Assembly (NCBI GenBank): GCA_001687465.1
Contig: LVLI01000031.1
Coordinates: forward strand, 1 to 51,764
Length of the DNA: 51,764 nucleotides
Reading direction: 5' to 3'
Origin: Halocafeteria seosinensis
Taxonomy: Eukaryota
Shown here: piece after piece, positions 1 to 10,800 of the stretch
Numbering within the stretch: position 1 is the first letter of the stretch
Layout: every line of letters begins with the position of its first letter
Made by a program: the position numbers and the translations under genes
Notes under the pieces: generated by a model
Databases searched by the model: none
What the model was told of the DNA's origin: nothing
What the model saw: the letters and a program-made list of their open reading frames with translations, nothing else

Positions 1-550
1 AGTCTCGACAACCGCTTCAATAACGCAACTGCACGAACTCCAAAGCCTCCAGTGGCCTCCACAGCGAAAGGAATGATCTCGCGATCATACTCCTTCAGAT
101 GGGCATACTTCCTCAGTTTGGCATTCTCTGCTTGCTTGGCTGCCCACAACTTGGAACACGCTGATCTCACTAATCGATCGTCAGACAAGGGGCTTGGGAC
201 CGTCACACCGATCAACCAATCACTGGTGTCCCCGTGAGCCACAATATCCATGACGCCACCTTCAACAGGATGCTCCACATCAATGGGAATCTTGAGCTCC
301 CGAAGAGCACACTGCAAGATCTTCTCTCTTGTGTATTTATTTTCTTTTAGGACCACTGCAAGATTCTACAAATCGCGTGATGCCGCTTGGTTCTCAGAGC
401 CGCCGATCCCTCCGCCGCACAACTCAGGGCATGATGAACTAATTCATCCACACGACTATGTCCACAGCAATTCCCTACCTGACCCTTAAGCACAGCAGCC
501 AAGCAAGAGCCTTAGAGCTTTCGCGTACTCGGTTGGGGTAACACATGGTG
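1..550 (-). mobile_element. CRE-like (RLE-type) non-LTR retrotransposon fragment A: zinc knuckle + restriction-like endonuclease, degenerate, runs off the window edge
   Basis: Manual minus-strand translation gives NCCGHSRVDELVHHALSC...RTKRHHAICRILQ, then CALRELKIPIDVEHP...MDIVA...LIGVTVPSPL...AAKQAENAKLRKYAHL...IIPFAVEATGGFG...LLKRL. These are the CCHC, RH, K..KY and P...E..G motifs of RLE elements. Interrupted by a 33-bp insert at 321-353. Confidence 0.8.
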
Positions 551-1590
551 TTTGTGTATTTATTTTCTTTTTAGGACCACTATTATCGACCTACTCCACC
601 ACTAGCTACCGGTAACACAAGTTGCAACCACCGATGAGCCAAGTTGCTGTTAGCATGCATCAAGCCACAACTCAACCTTTCCCGAAGATCGCAAACATAT
701 CCCACCGGATCAAAAACCCGGAGACAAGCCGGACGGTTTCGCAAGTCCGAGAGAAAGTCCAATCCTTTCTGTCCTATACCCCCAAAAGTCTGAAAACCAC
801 CGGCAACACCTCTTGTGAGCCTCCTGGCAACTCCATCGTACTTACGACATTTCATCCTTTCGCTTACTGCCGTCGCCGCAGTCGAAGATAAGTTTTGTTG
901 AGCTCCAACCGCTGACGGACTCATCCAACACAAACAGGCTCTTGCTTGGCCTGCCCCAAAACACAAGAGGACCCTGTGGCTGCACAACTTCTACATCTCC
1001 TCTCATGCTACTGCCCTGCTTAACCAGAGGCTCCTTTTCCACCACAAGACCCCAAGACGAGAGAGCCCCTATGATGACATCCCTGAGCTGATTATGCCGA
1101 TCCGTTCTTCCGTTGACCATATCCCCGTAAGAACATACGAAGGCATGTTGAGTAAGATCCGCGACGAATTCATCACACAATGGGCATATCTTCGGAACTT
1201 CCACCCTAGCTAACGGGAGTCCCAAACGCAGCCTCGCCCCAATCCTCCATTGAAGATCAGAAAACTGCTTTTGCGAAGAGGTTGGCAACGCCCGCAGCCA
1301 ATCTTGAGCTCCCGTTTCCTGAGCCGCCTTCCATCTGGCCTTTCCATCGCCATCCCCTTTGGGAAAGCTCCAATTGAGCTCGCCCTTCATTATTTGGTCA
1401 GTGAGCCAGCTCTGCTGCTTCCGATTAGGTGCACACTCCTCCAAGTAGACTCCTGAGGATCCCCTCCTTGCGCCTGAAGATTGAAGATAAGGGAAGTACG
1501 AGTATCAGAGTCCTGTTCCACCCCTGACTCCCATGCTGAGGCAACATACGCTGCGGTTGAGAGAGAGGAGGCTTTAAACCCGTCCTTCAG
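551..1590 (-). mobile_element. CRE-like non-LTR retrotransposon fragment B: 5'-truncated, frameshifted, with 3' tail
   Basis: ORFs 1390-1656, 842-1444 and 583-987 join by frameshifts: AAYVASAW; GAQDWLRALP..FSDLQWRIGARLRLGLP..CPLC..HAFVC..RTDRHNQLRD..EKEP..RGD; SERMKCRKY..QTFGGIG..FL..LRERLSCGLMHAN. The stop at 583 is followed by the tail GTGGTCCTAAAAAGAAAATAAATACACAAA. Confidence 0.85.
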
Positions 1591-1593
1591 AAA

Positions 1594-1730
1594 ATGATCG
1601 AAACACTTGCGCGTCTGCGGGAGCAGCCACAGGTGAAGTCTATCTCGCTGCATCATGTTCCTCGCGAAGAAAACACGGAGGCTGACCGTCTAGCTAATGA
1701 AGCAATTGATCGGAAAGACATACCTGGTGC
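1594..1730 (+). pseudogene. C-terminal fragment of RNase HI (archaeal/plant-like type), probably retroelement-derived
   Basis: ISLHHVPREENTEADRLANEAID matches the HV.RE.N..AD.LAN.A motif. N-terminal catalytic residues are absent, and it abuts fragment B in the opposite orientation. Confidence 0.75.
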
Positions 1731-1759
1731 TACTCGAACCACATTGAAAACGAATTATT

Positions 1760-2400
1760 TAAAAGCGGTTTTGTCGCATTCACGATCGAGTCCTTCGTTA
1801 TCATTTCCGGGTTCTTTACTCCCTTTACTGAAAACTCAGCAAAGCGAGGAATGCCGTCAGTAAATCTTCAAAGACGGTTTACAGCCCCCTCAATATCTTT
1901 CCCCTTTGCGGGCTTTACTTTATCCATCAAATACGCACGGACGTCCTCTTCAGTAAACGTTCTCAGCCACAAGGGAATCGATTGGGCAGAGGAGACAATC
2001 CCAGTCTTGAATTCACTTATTCGGTTAAGTCTTCAGTTTCACTGCTTATTTATACTGAACTTTGTTGCTCGGGAGCAAGTGATGCCAGAACCTTCCAACT
2101 TGCCGACGTTCAGTTCAATGCCACCTGCGGTACTGTACCCACTCATCTCATTGACATGGATTAGGATCATCGGAGCACCTTTGAATGTTAAGTTATTGAT
2201 AACCCCACCAGCTCCCAGAACCTCGAAAGTAGCTCGTCGGGAGTACATCGGGGGGACATGTGAATTGTCGGTGTTTCCACCAGAAACGGAATCCACGGTC
2301 CGCCTCTTCCGACAACACTCGACTACATGGTATAAGGACACTCCTCTGCAGCATCCTCCTTCTTTGCAACCTTCACTGACTGTAGCAGAGCGGGCGTTAT
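1760..2400 (-). pseudogene. Decayed P-loop NTPase (STAND/Crinkler-type) fragment
   Basis: PMILIHVNEM resembles a Walker B motif with D>N. Downstream LRTFTEEDVRAYL...AVNRL*RFTDGIPRF carries the GxPR helical-domain motif. In-frame stops are present. Confidence 0.45.
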
Positions 2401-3048
2401 AATCGTCTTCGTCAACTGTTTTACTGCAAAAAGGAATTGCCAGTGAGTGCACAACGCAACAATGGATATACACCACGTGAATGGTAATACATACCGTCGC
2501 AAATCCACAGAGGGAATAAAAGTTCTCTTCGTGCCTCGCGTACGTACGAGTGTGGTAGGTGTTGGCAATTAATGGCCTGACTATTGAAAATGGACCACGA
2601 CTACATCCATGGGCCGCGATGACAGACAAAGCTACTGTACCAACCATCACTATTGGTGAACAGCCTCGTAGGGTGTCCGTATCTCTAGTTTCGTCTGACT
2701 GACAGTGCTGTTTCCACGGCAGATACAGCTGCGATACAGATCATATCATGAGATATCATGGCACTATGTTGTAACAAAATACAATGGCCGATTTTAAGCT
2801 TTGGGTGCTTTAGTGAAAGTATATTTAAGTTTTAAAGGAAATAATCTAATTACTTTGCATAGTAATGGCCTTGTACAATTGTATATGCGCCCCGCGCACG
2901 TGTGGAACTTGAACTTCTGCCAGCTCCACATGGCCCAGGACCTACCGAAACACTAGTTACAGTGGTACACCAAGTTGCACATTGTACCGGATTGTCGTTT
3001 CTGTGTCAGTAGTGTAAGATGAATGTATGTACATTTGCGTAGGTAGCC

Positions 3049-4440
3049 ATGGACAGCTCTTCGAGTAGCGGTGGTGGCGGCAGCATTAGTGTGAGCTTTC
3101 TCAAGGAACGCTTAGGGAAGCCATGGAGCTCAGACAAGCTTTCGCATGTGGTCGATGCCGCTTTCGTTAGTAAATTGAGGAATACCTTCAAGACAATCGG
3201 GCATCAAGACTTGTCCATCCTCAAGGTAATCCTGCAACACTCGTGTGTATTCATGCGCGCAGCATACTCATTGCACGTGTACAGGTTCGGGCCTTGTTGT
3301 CTATTTTGTCTGTTGCGAGACCTTTTAGTGAAGAACTCATCGATGAGACAGTGAAACTGTTAGACTATGTCGTGAATGAGGAAGGCACAAACGATCAAGT
3401 AAGCACGTGAGAGGCACAGCCGCATACGGACTGTCTTGACGATTTTCTTGATTTCTGAACAGATGCTACCGGTCGTAGCTGGTGTCGTTGCAAAGCTGCT
3501 TCCAGATATACCAGCAGAGGCGTCAAATAGAATTCAGAGGAAGTTGGATGCTTATTTGGATGAAGCCGCCACGGAAATAAAGCATGTTTGTAAGGATCAT
3601 TGATCAACGTGGGATGCTGTCGGGTACCTTCGACCTAGGCTGAGTACTTGCTGCAGTTTCCACGGCACTGAAATATCATAGTATCTATGGAGATAATCCT
3701 GAGGGTTTGAACCCGCTCGTAGAACCATTACCGAAAGAGCTACGCGAAACCACGAAGGAGATACTGAGAGAGTTGGCAAAGGGTAATCTTCCAGGAACCC
3801 AGCAGACAACAGACATTTATCAGCCAACGCATATTGACCTTGATGCTTCCGCAGTCGACAACTGGCTCCTCGGTAGGGACACGTCTAAAGGGGATGTACC
3901 TTATTACGGTGTTCAGGTAGAGCAAGAACGGCAAAGGCAGCAGACACTCATTTCGGAGTTGGACAATGTGGAGAAACAAATGAATGACTGGATATGGACA
4001 GTATCGAAAGGGCTATATGTTTGCGATACGCGCTATCTTTCGCATCAAGATAAGGAGATAGTGAAGAGTTTCTTCGAAGGAAAGAACAAACCAGAAGACA
4101 ATCCCATGGGTGGCAAAGATGCTCCCCAACAAGAAATACATTTTGTAGTAGAAAAGGCACAGCAAGCCGATCCGAAAACAGGTCTTCCGAAGAATTATGC
4201 GTCTATCCTCATTTTGAACTATGAAGCAGAAGCTGCAACGAAGTGGAAGAAAGTAAGACGTTGATGTGAGACATGTTGCTTGTCGAACGAATGCTGCATT
4301 TGTTCTTTGGCTTTGAGCAGATGATGCGCAGGGACAAACAAGGTGATATACCCTACGGACTCATTCGTCCCGAAACGGTGTCATCTTCAACTTCGAGTTC
4401 TGCAACTACCTCTACAACCCCCTCAAGTTCATCTGGCTAA
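3049..4440 (+). CDS. NELFA: Negative elongation factor A (NELF-A/WHSC2)-like protein, 5 exons, about 377 aa
   Basis: Exons 3049-3225, 3285-3398, 3463-3589, 3657-4252 and 4321-4440 are joined by GT-AG introns of 59-68 bp into one open frame. The N-terminus FLKERLGKPWSSDKLSHVVDAAFVSKLRNTF..LKVRALLSIL..DQMLPVVAGVV, central LISELDNV and C-terminal DKEIVKSFFEG..NP..LNYEAEAATKWKK resemble the recalled human NELF-A motifs LHNKLG..W, KLKLLL, LDISELDMV and EKALILGFMAG..ENP..MNYATGQWTRFKK. Confidence 0.75.
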
Positions 4441-5048
4441 GGGGATCGGCACGTTGGATGTTGGACTGAGTAAGCCGGAGTTGGGTCTTACGGTATATAC
4501 AGTGCATCCGAACGGGAGTCGTCCATTGGAGCTTCCTGAAAAAAGAAGCTCTAGACTTGCATAATTGCATTGGATAAATTATTCATGATAGGGTAGGGGC
4601 AGCTGTACCATGGAGCTATACAGGCTCGTAGCTTACGAGTCGTAGGACTCTACAATTGCAGATAGGAAGGAAATGTTGGTAGAGGATCGAGTTCCTCGAT
4701 ATCTTAGGATATACATTGGAGACAACTACAAATCTTACATTTCATTGAGGTTTAGCATACTTCTTACCAATTGCCTTCATGGATTCTCATTGAATCTTCA
4801 ACGACCTTGCAGCTTCACACAACACTTCGCTAGTTTGAATACACACTTTCTCTAGTACCCGAATAGTTCGTGCCTAAAAAAATGGACTGATACACGCTAG
4901 TAGAACTACTATCTAGAGTACAGTCCATCCGGAGACGAAAAGGACGTGCCATACACCCAGTTGATTTACCCATTGAGGTTCAAATTGGGCGAATTTTTTA
5001 TTTTATTATTATTATTTTTTTTGCTTTAAGTTGGCAGAAGACAGCAAT

Positions 5049-8000
5049 ATGGGGAGCTTGGGAATGATGGAGGGCAGATATGGTAGTGGCAGTCTGCCGC
5101 AGACACCCCTGTGCTGCAGGTCCAATGCGTACATAGCCCTTCAGCAGGCGTCTCACCAACGAGCTCTGCGAGATGCTTTCTTTGCTATCGCTGTGGATGA
5201 CGAAGAAGCTCTCCGAAAGCATATATTGGAAGATAAAATGAGTGTGAATGAGATGACCGATGAAGGAAGTACTTTATTGCATCACGCTGCCAATTATGGA
5301 TCGATCAAGTGCGCACGATTGCTGCTGGAACGGGGAGCAAATACCAAAACATTGTCCACAGAAAATCGCTGGACGTCGCTTCATCAGGCCTGTTATTCAG
5401 GCCACGTTGGAATGATTCTACTTTTGTGTGAGTATACGCAAGATCCATTGCACACGGAGTTGGTAGGGGATGTATGCGTCCCTCCCGCTCCTCAGCCACG
5501 TCATGTAACCGCGACTCCTTGTGCTAACAGTGCTGTTCCCGATTACGATGGATTCTATCCTCTCGATACTCTCATTTTTCAACGAAAAGAGAATTTTGAC
5601 AAGGTGAAACACGCACGACGGAGAATCCTTGAGTATTTGAGGAGAGGCACCACCACCATCAAACACCAGCACGACGAAGTACAGGGGGTTCAGGACGATG
5701 ATAAATATACGTCGTTTTCCGTTTTGGCTGATGATTCTAATCTGCGCTCCGCGTTCGGGGATGACAGTGATAGTGATGACAGCAACTCAACTGGCGAACA
5801 TAGGAATGGGCCCTCTCAGAACGGGACGTCGCGGCGGACAAAAACAGCTCCTTGTCACCCTGAGTACTCATGTTGGAGCACAGAAGTCATTTCATGGGGG
5901 AAAAACAACCTGCAGCTAGGCTACACCCCGACTGGCCAAACGAATTTTCAAGAAATTCCGCATCCACTAAGGGACCTTAGCGAGAGCATCAAGGTGGTGA
6001 TGGTCAGCGCTGGTCCATGCCACAGCTTACTTCTGACCTCCGAAGGGACTGTGTACTCATGGGGTGTTGGACGCAGAGGGAGGCTAGGACTGAGTGATGA
6101 GGAAACCAGAATGCACCCTACGCCTATTAATGCCTTTGGTTACCTATCTAGATATAAGGCGTACAAGGTGTCGTGTGGTGATGCTCATAGCTTGGCTGCT
6201 ACTAACGACGGAACACTTTGGGCTTGGGGTTGTCATAAATATGGCCAACTAGGAATTGGGGTAGTGTCCCAAGGGAAGATTGGCTACGCTACCATTCCGA
6301 CAAGGGTAGAAGGGCCGTTTGGGAAGAATGGGAAAACGCGCAAGTTTGTGCGCTCTATAAGCGCCGGCTCAACTCACTCAGCGGCTGTCACCTCAGACGG
6401 TAACGTGTGGACATGGGGTTCCAATAAGCATGGACAACTGGGACAGTCAAGTGGCAGTTTTGTTGACGACGTCACAGGCGGAAAGAAGCGAACTACGGGT
6501 CATATATACTGGAGTCCAGTGCAGGTATCTGCGCTGACGTCTGAATGTAATTCTCAGCATAGGGAGCGTAAGATGGCTAAAGCCGTAGCTGGTGATCAAT
6601 CCACTGTATTTCTTTCGACTCAAGGACTTGTATGGCAATGCGGTTACGGAAATTCGTCACCAGTACTTCTCAAATTTTCGGAAACGGGTTGCGTAGAAGA
6701 TACTCTCGGGGAATGTTTTACTGATGCCACCGCGATGCCACTTAACCGCAGCCAAGCTAAAGACGCCGTATTCAATCGCGTTATGGAGAAGCATGCACGG
6801 GCACCTACCTGTGGGACAACCGCTGAGAGTCCTTCGAACAGAAGCAGAAGCAGAACCCACTCAGATACCAGTGAGCCGACCAATGGGAGTCCTGACGGCA
6901 ATTCTTTGGATAAAAGCCGGATAGAAAGTGTTTCCTCCCAATCGAACACTCACAACGATGCCAATGATGGGAGTGAAATGGATTTTTATGGTAGCTCGTC
7001 TACACGCGCTCCCAACGTCGGTACCCCGACGGCTATAGCTCCAAGAGATTTCCCTCATCCCTCTGTCTCTTTCACATACCCACGTAGCGATCGTGGACTG
7101 CGACAGTTGCAATATGAACCACGCAAGCAAAACAGCACGGCCTTCATCCAGGATGTAACCGTAGGCAAGTACCAGGGAATGGCCCTTGACCGGCTGGGAC
7201 GAGTATGGACTTGGGGAACTGGAACTGACATTTTGGGTCATCCATATCGTGTTTCAAGCTTTGAACCCAGACAGCTTACGTTCTTTGCTCGCTGCGACAT
7301 TCGCATAGTCTCCATAGCTGCAGGGGCAGAGCACTGTATAGCAGTTTCAGACCGAGGAGATGTGTATACTTGGGGCAAGTCTTGTCTGGGTACTTCTAGC
7401 AAATATGAGAAGTTACCCTGCCGTGTTCCCTCCATTGCAAATGTTATATCTGTTAGTAGCGCAGGTGAGAGTGTGCTTGCCATCTGTGGATATAGCAATC
7501 CCCCACCGATCCTTTCCGGGGGCTTCAATTCGTTGAAGGCGATTTGTGAAAAGGCTTTGATAAATGGAGTTAATGTCCATAACGCATGTGGCAAACTTGT
7601 GACCGCTCATAATCTTAGCGCTCATGATATGGCTCAATACGCATTAAGGTGGATATCCTTAAACCTACATGCTGTGCTACTAAGTGCCTCTCGCAAGGAT
7701 CTCTTGGCTCTCTCGGCGATAGCGGAGCATTTGCAAAGAGGAAACTACAAATACCGGCTTGTTGGGGGAACCTACCGTCTCCTTGAGCGAAGGCGGAACC
7801 ATTTTTTGTTGAAGCAGGATGAGAAGAGAGAAGCGTCTCTCAGAAAGTTTCTTCCCATTGATATAGTTGTTGAAGATTTTGACTCATTGCAAGGAACGGC
7901 TCTTTCTCGATTCCTCGACGAAATGCTAGAGGCTGGGGCGCACCGTTTAAGTCTTTCCGATTCTTCTTTCTCTGACGCCCTCGGTGAAGAGCACAAAGAC

Positions 8001-9665
8001 GCCATTTCGGCAGTTCAGTCTCTTATCAGAAGCCAGGATGTGCAAGAGAGCGCCAACACACTGGTCAATTATGTGGTCTCTCATATTTCAGTTCCGTTGC
8101 GAAGTTTTGATCCCTTGAGGAATATCTTCAAGTCTGACTATTGTAGCTTTCTCAGTGCTGTGGCAGGGTCTCTAGGGAGTCATGAGGTAGAAGGAAGGAC
8201 TCTTGTGCGTTCATTTAAAAAACGGCCTACCTATGTCTATCAAAAAGCCCGGAAAGCAATGAAAGTGCCGAAGGTTCTGAGGAAGAAGCTGGCCCAGACC
8301 TTATTATCGATAGAGGACTGCTTAGTATCCCTTGGGCGCTCTAGCGGGTCTACAAGCGTAAGCATGGAGTACGTGGTCAATTTGCGGAGGAAATTAGACG
8401 AACTTATAGCCAGTGCCGTTCAAGTTAGGCCTGCTATGTGTTTATGTCTGTTGATCGCCGCGTGGTCAGCGCACTACAATACAGATCTGGGAATTACCCA
8501 TGATGACGTACGGTACATACGATATATCGGTCAATGCGTTTGGGACTTTTACCAGGTAACACCGCTTGAAATACAACGAACGGTCGGAGAGGACGAACTC
8601 AAGTCACTAGTGCAGGAGTTCAAAGACTCGACCGTTGAGGGATTTGTGCAAGCTCTTGAACAGCGGCTGCCCTACTATCGGCTTGTCTCCAGCAATGCTT
8701 CATCTCGGATATCCAACCAGTCTCCCCGGAAGGCTGAACAACCGGTGAGTCTCAATACACCAGAGCAATCCTCTTCAGAAGACTTCCTGCCAGCGCGCTG
8801 GGAAGCGATGGAAAACACTCCGATAACTAGCCGCTACATTCTTCCTGCACCGAAGAAAACAGAGGCATCGAAACCTGTCAAATTCAAACTTCGGGACTTC
8901 CTAAGCCCTCCTCAAGACTCTACGAAAAGCCAGCAGAGTTGGTCATCTCCAGCTCCCTGGAGTCGTAGCACAAACAGTGACGAGGAGCCATCATCTCCCT
9001 CCATCAGAGCCCTTCGGGCTTCTGCTAAAGAAAATAACTCTCACTTGGATTCACAAACGTCGGTAAAGGCATTCTCGCTGGCTGAGTTCGAAAGAGAGGA
9101 TCCGGTGCAACAGCGCAAACAAAACTATTTGGCAGCGGCCTCCGCTTCCAGTAGCAAGCCCTCGCTGAAGTCCATCCAAGAGAGCTTACGGGAGAAGCGA
9201 AAGAAGTTGTCTACTAATGGGAGCACTATGAAGTCCAGTCAAACATCCAATGGCCACAACAGTAATTCATGGGGTTTTGTTGAGCGCGAAAAGGCCACGT
9301 CGTTATCCGCTATCAAGCAACAGGAAGCGGACCGCCGAGCGCAGGAGGAGGCAGAGAGGTTACAAGCGGAAGAGGATGCTTTAGTTCAGGCAGCCATTCG
9401 GGCTTCAAAGGAAGAATGTGGCCCTGGACATGCGGAAGTGAGAGATAGCGGTACCCGTCATGAACGTGCTAACAATGGCCGCGCGGGTAATTTCCGCCAC
9501 GGTAATAGCGCGTCTTCAAATAAACGGGGCGCTAAGGCTGGACAGCGGCAACAGAGTGCCCGAGGAGGAGGATCACGAGGAAAACCTCGTGGTAGAGGAC
9601 TTGGACGAGGTCGGGGTGGAAATCCCGCTCGTTCTGCCGGACAGAAGCCGAGTGCCGTCGTATGA
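5049..9665 (+). CDS. Ankyrin + RCC1-repeat + BACK-like helix protein (IBTK-like / plant ANK-RCC1 type) with RGG-rich tail
   Basis: Intronless ORF of about 1538 aa from the first ATG at 5049. ANK (GSTLLHHAANYG, WTSLHQACYSGH), several RCC1 repeats (VSAGPCHSLLLTSEGTVYSWG), LKAICEKAL..VHNA..LVTAHNL..ALRWISLNL, and a low-complexity RG-rich C-terminus. Confidence 0.88.
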   Translation: MGSLGMMEGRYGSGSLPQTPLCCRSNAYIALQQASHQRALRDAFFAIAVDDEEALRKHILEDKMSVNEMTDEGSTLLHHAANYGSIKCARLLLERGANTKTLSTENRWTSLHQACYSGHVGMILLLCEYTQDPLHTELVGDVCVPPAPQPRHVTATPCANSAVPDYDGFYPLDTLIFQRKENFDKVKHARRRILEYLRRGTTTIKHQHDEVQGVQDDDKYTSFSVLADDSNLRSAFGDDSDSDDSNSTGEHRNGPSQNGTSRRTKTAPCHPEYSCWSTEVISWGKNNLQLGYTPTGQTNFQEIPHPLRDLSESIKVVMVSAGPCHSLLLTSEGTVYSWGVGRRGRLGLSDEETRMHPTPINAFGYLSRYKAYKVSCGDAHSLAATNDGTLWAWGCHKYGQLGIGVVSQGKIGYATIPTRVEGPFGKNGKTRKFVRSISAGSTHSAAVTSDGNVWTWGSNKHGQLGQSSGSFVDDVTGGKKRTTGHIYWSPVQVSALTSECNSQHRERKMAKAVAGDQSTVFLSTQGLVWQCGYGNSSPVLLKFSETGCVEDTLGECFTDATAMPLNRSQAKDAVFNRVMEKHARAPTCGTTAESPSNRSRSRTHSDTSEPTNGSPDGNSLDKSRIESVSSQSNTHNDANDGSEMDFYGSSSTRAPNVGTPTAIAPRDFPHPSVSFTYPRSDRGLRQLQYEPRKQNSTAFIQDVTVGKYQGMALDRLGRVWTWGTGTDILGHPYRVSSFEPRQLTFFARCDIRIVSIAAGAEHCIAVSDRGDVYTWGKSCLGTSSKYEKLPCRVPSIANVISVSSAGESVLAICGYSNPPPILSGGFNSLKAICEKALINGVNVHNACGKLVTAHNLSAHDMAQYALRWISLNLHAVLLSASRKDLLALSAIAEHLQRGNYKYRLVGGTYRLLERRRNHFLLKQDEKREASLRKFLPIDIVVEDFDSLQGTALSRFLDEMLEAGAHRLSLSDSSFSDALGEEHKDAISAVQSLIRSQDVQESANTLVNYVVSHISVPLRSFDPLRNIFKSDYCSFLSAVAGSLGSHEVEGRTLVRSFKKRPTYVYQKARKAMKVPKVLRKKLAQTLLSIEDCLVSLGRSSGSTSVSMEYVVNLRRKLDELIASAVQVRPAMCLCLLIAAWSAHYNTDLGITHDDVRYIRYIGQCVWDFYQVTPLEIQRTVGEDELKSLVQEFKDSTVEGFVQALEQRLPYYRLVSSNASSRISNQSPRKAEQPVSLNTPEQSSSEDFLPARWEAMENTPITSRYILPAPKKTEASKPVKFKLRDFLSPPQDSTKSQQSWSSPAPWSRSTNSDEEPSSPSIRALRASAKENNSHLDSQTSVKAFSLAEFEREDPVQQRKQNYLAAASASSSKPSLKSIQESLREKRKKLSTNGSTMKSSQTSNGHNSNSWGFVEREKATSLSAIKQQEADRRAQEEAERLQAEEDALVQAAIRASKEECGPGHAEVRDSGTRHERANNGRAGNFRHGNSASSNKRGAKAGQRQQSARGGGSRGKPRGRGLGRGRGGNPARSAGQKPSAVV

Positions 9666-10800
9666 GGCGCCAGCTTCTGGGAGGGCATTGATCATGAAAA
9701 CGAATAAATTGGGTGTGTTGCTATTGGATTCTCGTTTTCACTAGTGTCTAGTACGCGTGGTTGTTTATTAGGAAGTTAATTCTAGTCGATCACAAGGTAC
9801 ATCTTCCAAGAGCTACACCCTTCCTGGAATGCAATAGAAAGTCCACGTTTACGTTATGAGTACATCGGTTTGTCATTTGAGACTCGTCTCTTATGTATGC
9901 GTTTATGCTCTTGTGTTCGTTTGTTAACTCACGCATCAACACGTGGTTGATATCTTCTGACTCGGAGCCTCCGTCCGTCAAATTTGTCGGTCCAAAGACG
10001 GCTAAAAAAATGACTCATACCTTGACTGAAAGGCGGAGCCGTCGGACGGCTGCAGAGACACTCGTTTCAAATTAAATTGAAGTTTGGATGTACGTAGGCA
10101 ACACAGCTTAATATATCATTTATTAATGTGAGGGTACTCGTACTGCGGATTCAAACTGAATTCAGACTCAGGATTTAAGCATTTTTCAAATATCCAAAGT
10201 GATAAGTGAATCAAGGCCAAATATTTTGTCTCCTTGTTGGCAGACAACAGTGCACCTCCAATCGGGTGGAGCATGCTGAATGCAAATCACTTGTCTTCGC
10301 AGGTAGGGAAAATACCAGCTCCCGGCCGTACGTGCAAAAAATGAGTTTCCAGACTGGCAAAATGTCACTTAAGTTACATCACTTCCTGATGTCTTACAGA
10401 CTTCTTGGTCACCCACGTTACGCCCAGGTGGAGCAGAGAAGACCTGTGGGCTGTAAGTACATGCTGGAGTAGAATCTGGACGACTCTCTGGTCCTGGCAT
10501 TACCTTCTGGTCCGCAGTTTTGGCGAACTCCCCGTACAAGCAAAGTCCACAGCTCTGGCTCGGCACCACTGCTCGTAGGTACACAGTTTCGACGGAAAGG
10601 TCTCTCTTAATCACTTCACACTTCTTGATGCTTTGCAGCCTTCACCCCCTCCCCACAACCCGTTTCTTCAAGTGAAGCGACACGAGAGAACAGCGCTTCC
10701 GACGAAGAAATTGAGGATCAGGATTCCGAAGATCTCGCTAAGAAATGGTGAGTCCATTCACCTAATAATGGTCCTCGTTAATATTCATGATGCTCTGTAA

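Noticed and set aside
52..900. Short + strand ORFs over the retroelement fragments
   Set aside because: Antisense shadows of minus-strand RLE coding sequence.
4881..4928. Small inverted repeat ATGGACTG...CAGTCCAT
   Set aside because: An 8-bp stem with no TSD or second copy; compatible with chance.
4991..5023. T/ATT-rich run upstream of the ANK-RCC1 gene as a retroelement tail
   Set aside because: No element body or TSD; likely a promoter or UTR tract.
5049..9665. Missing BTB domain in the IBTK-like protein as a novelty
   Set aside because: ANK-RCC1 followed directly by the BACK-like helix is, from recall, also the plant architecture.
9790..10750. Possible hAT remnant or Harbinger TIRs
   Set aside because: No convincing motif and no inverted match to the 13.2 kb end found by eye.
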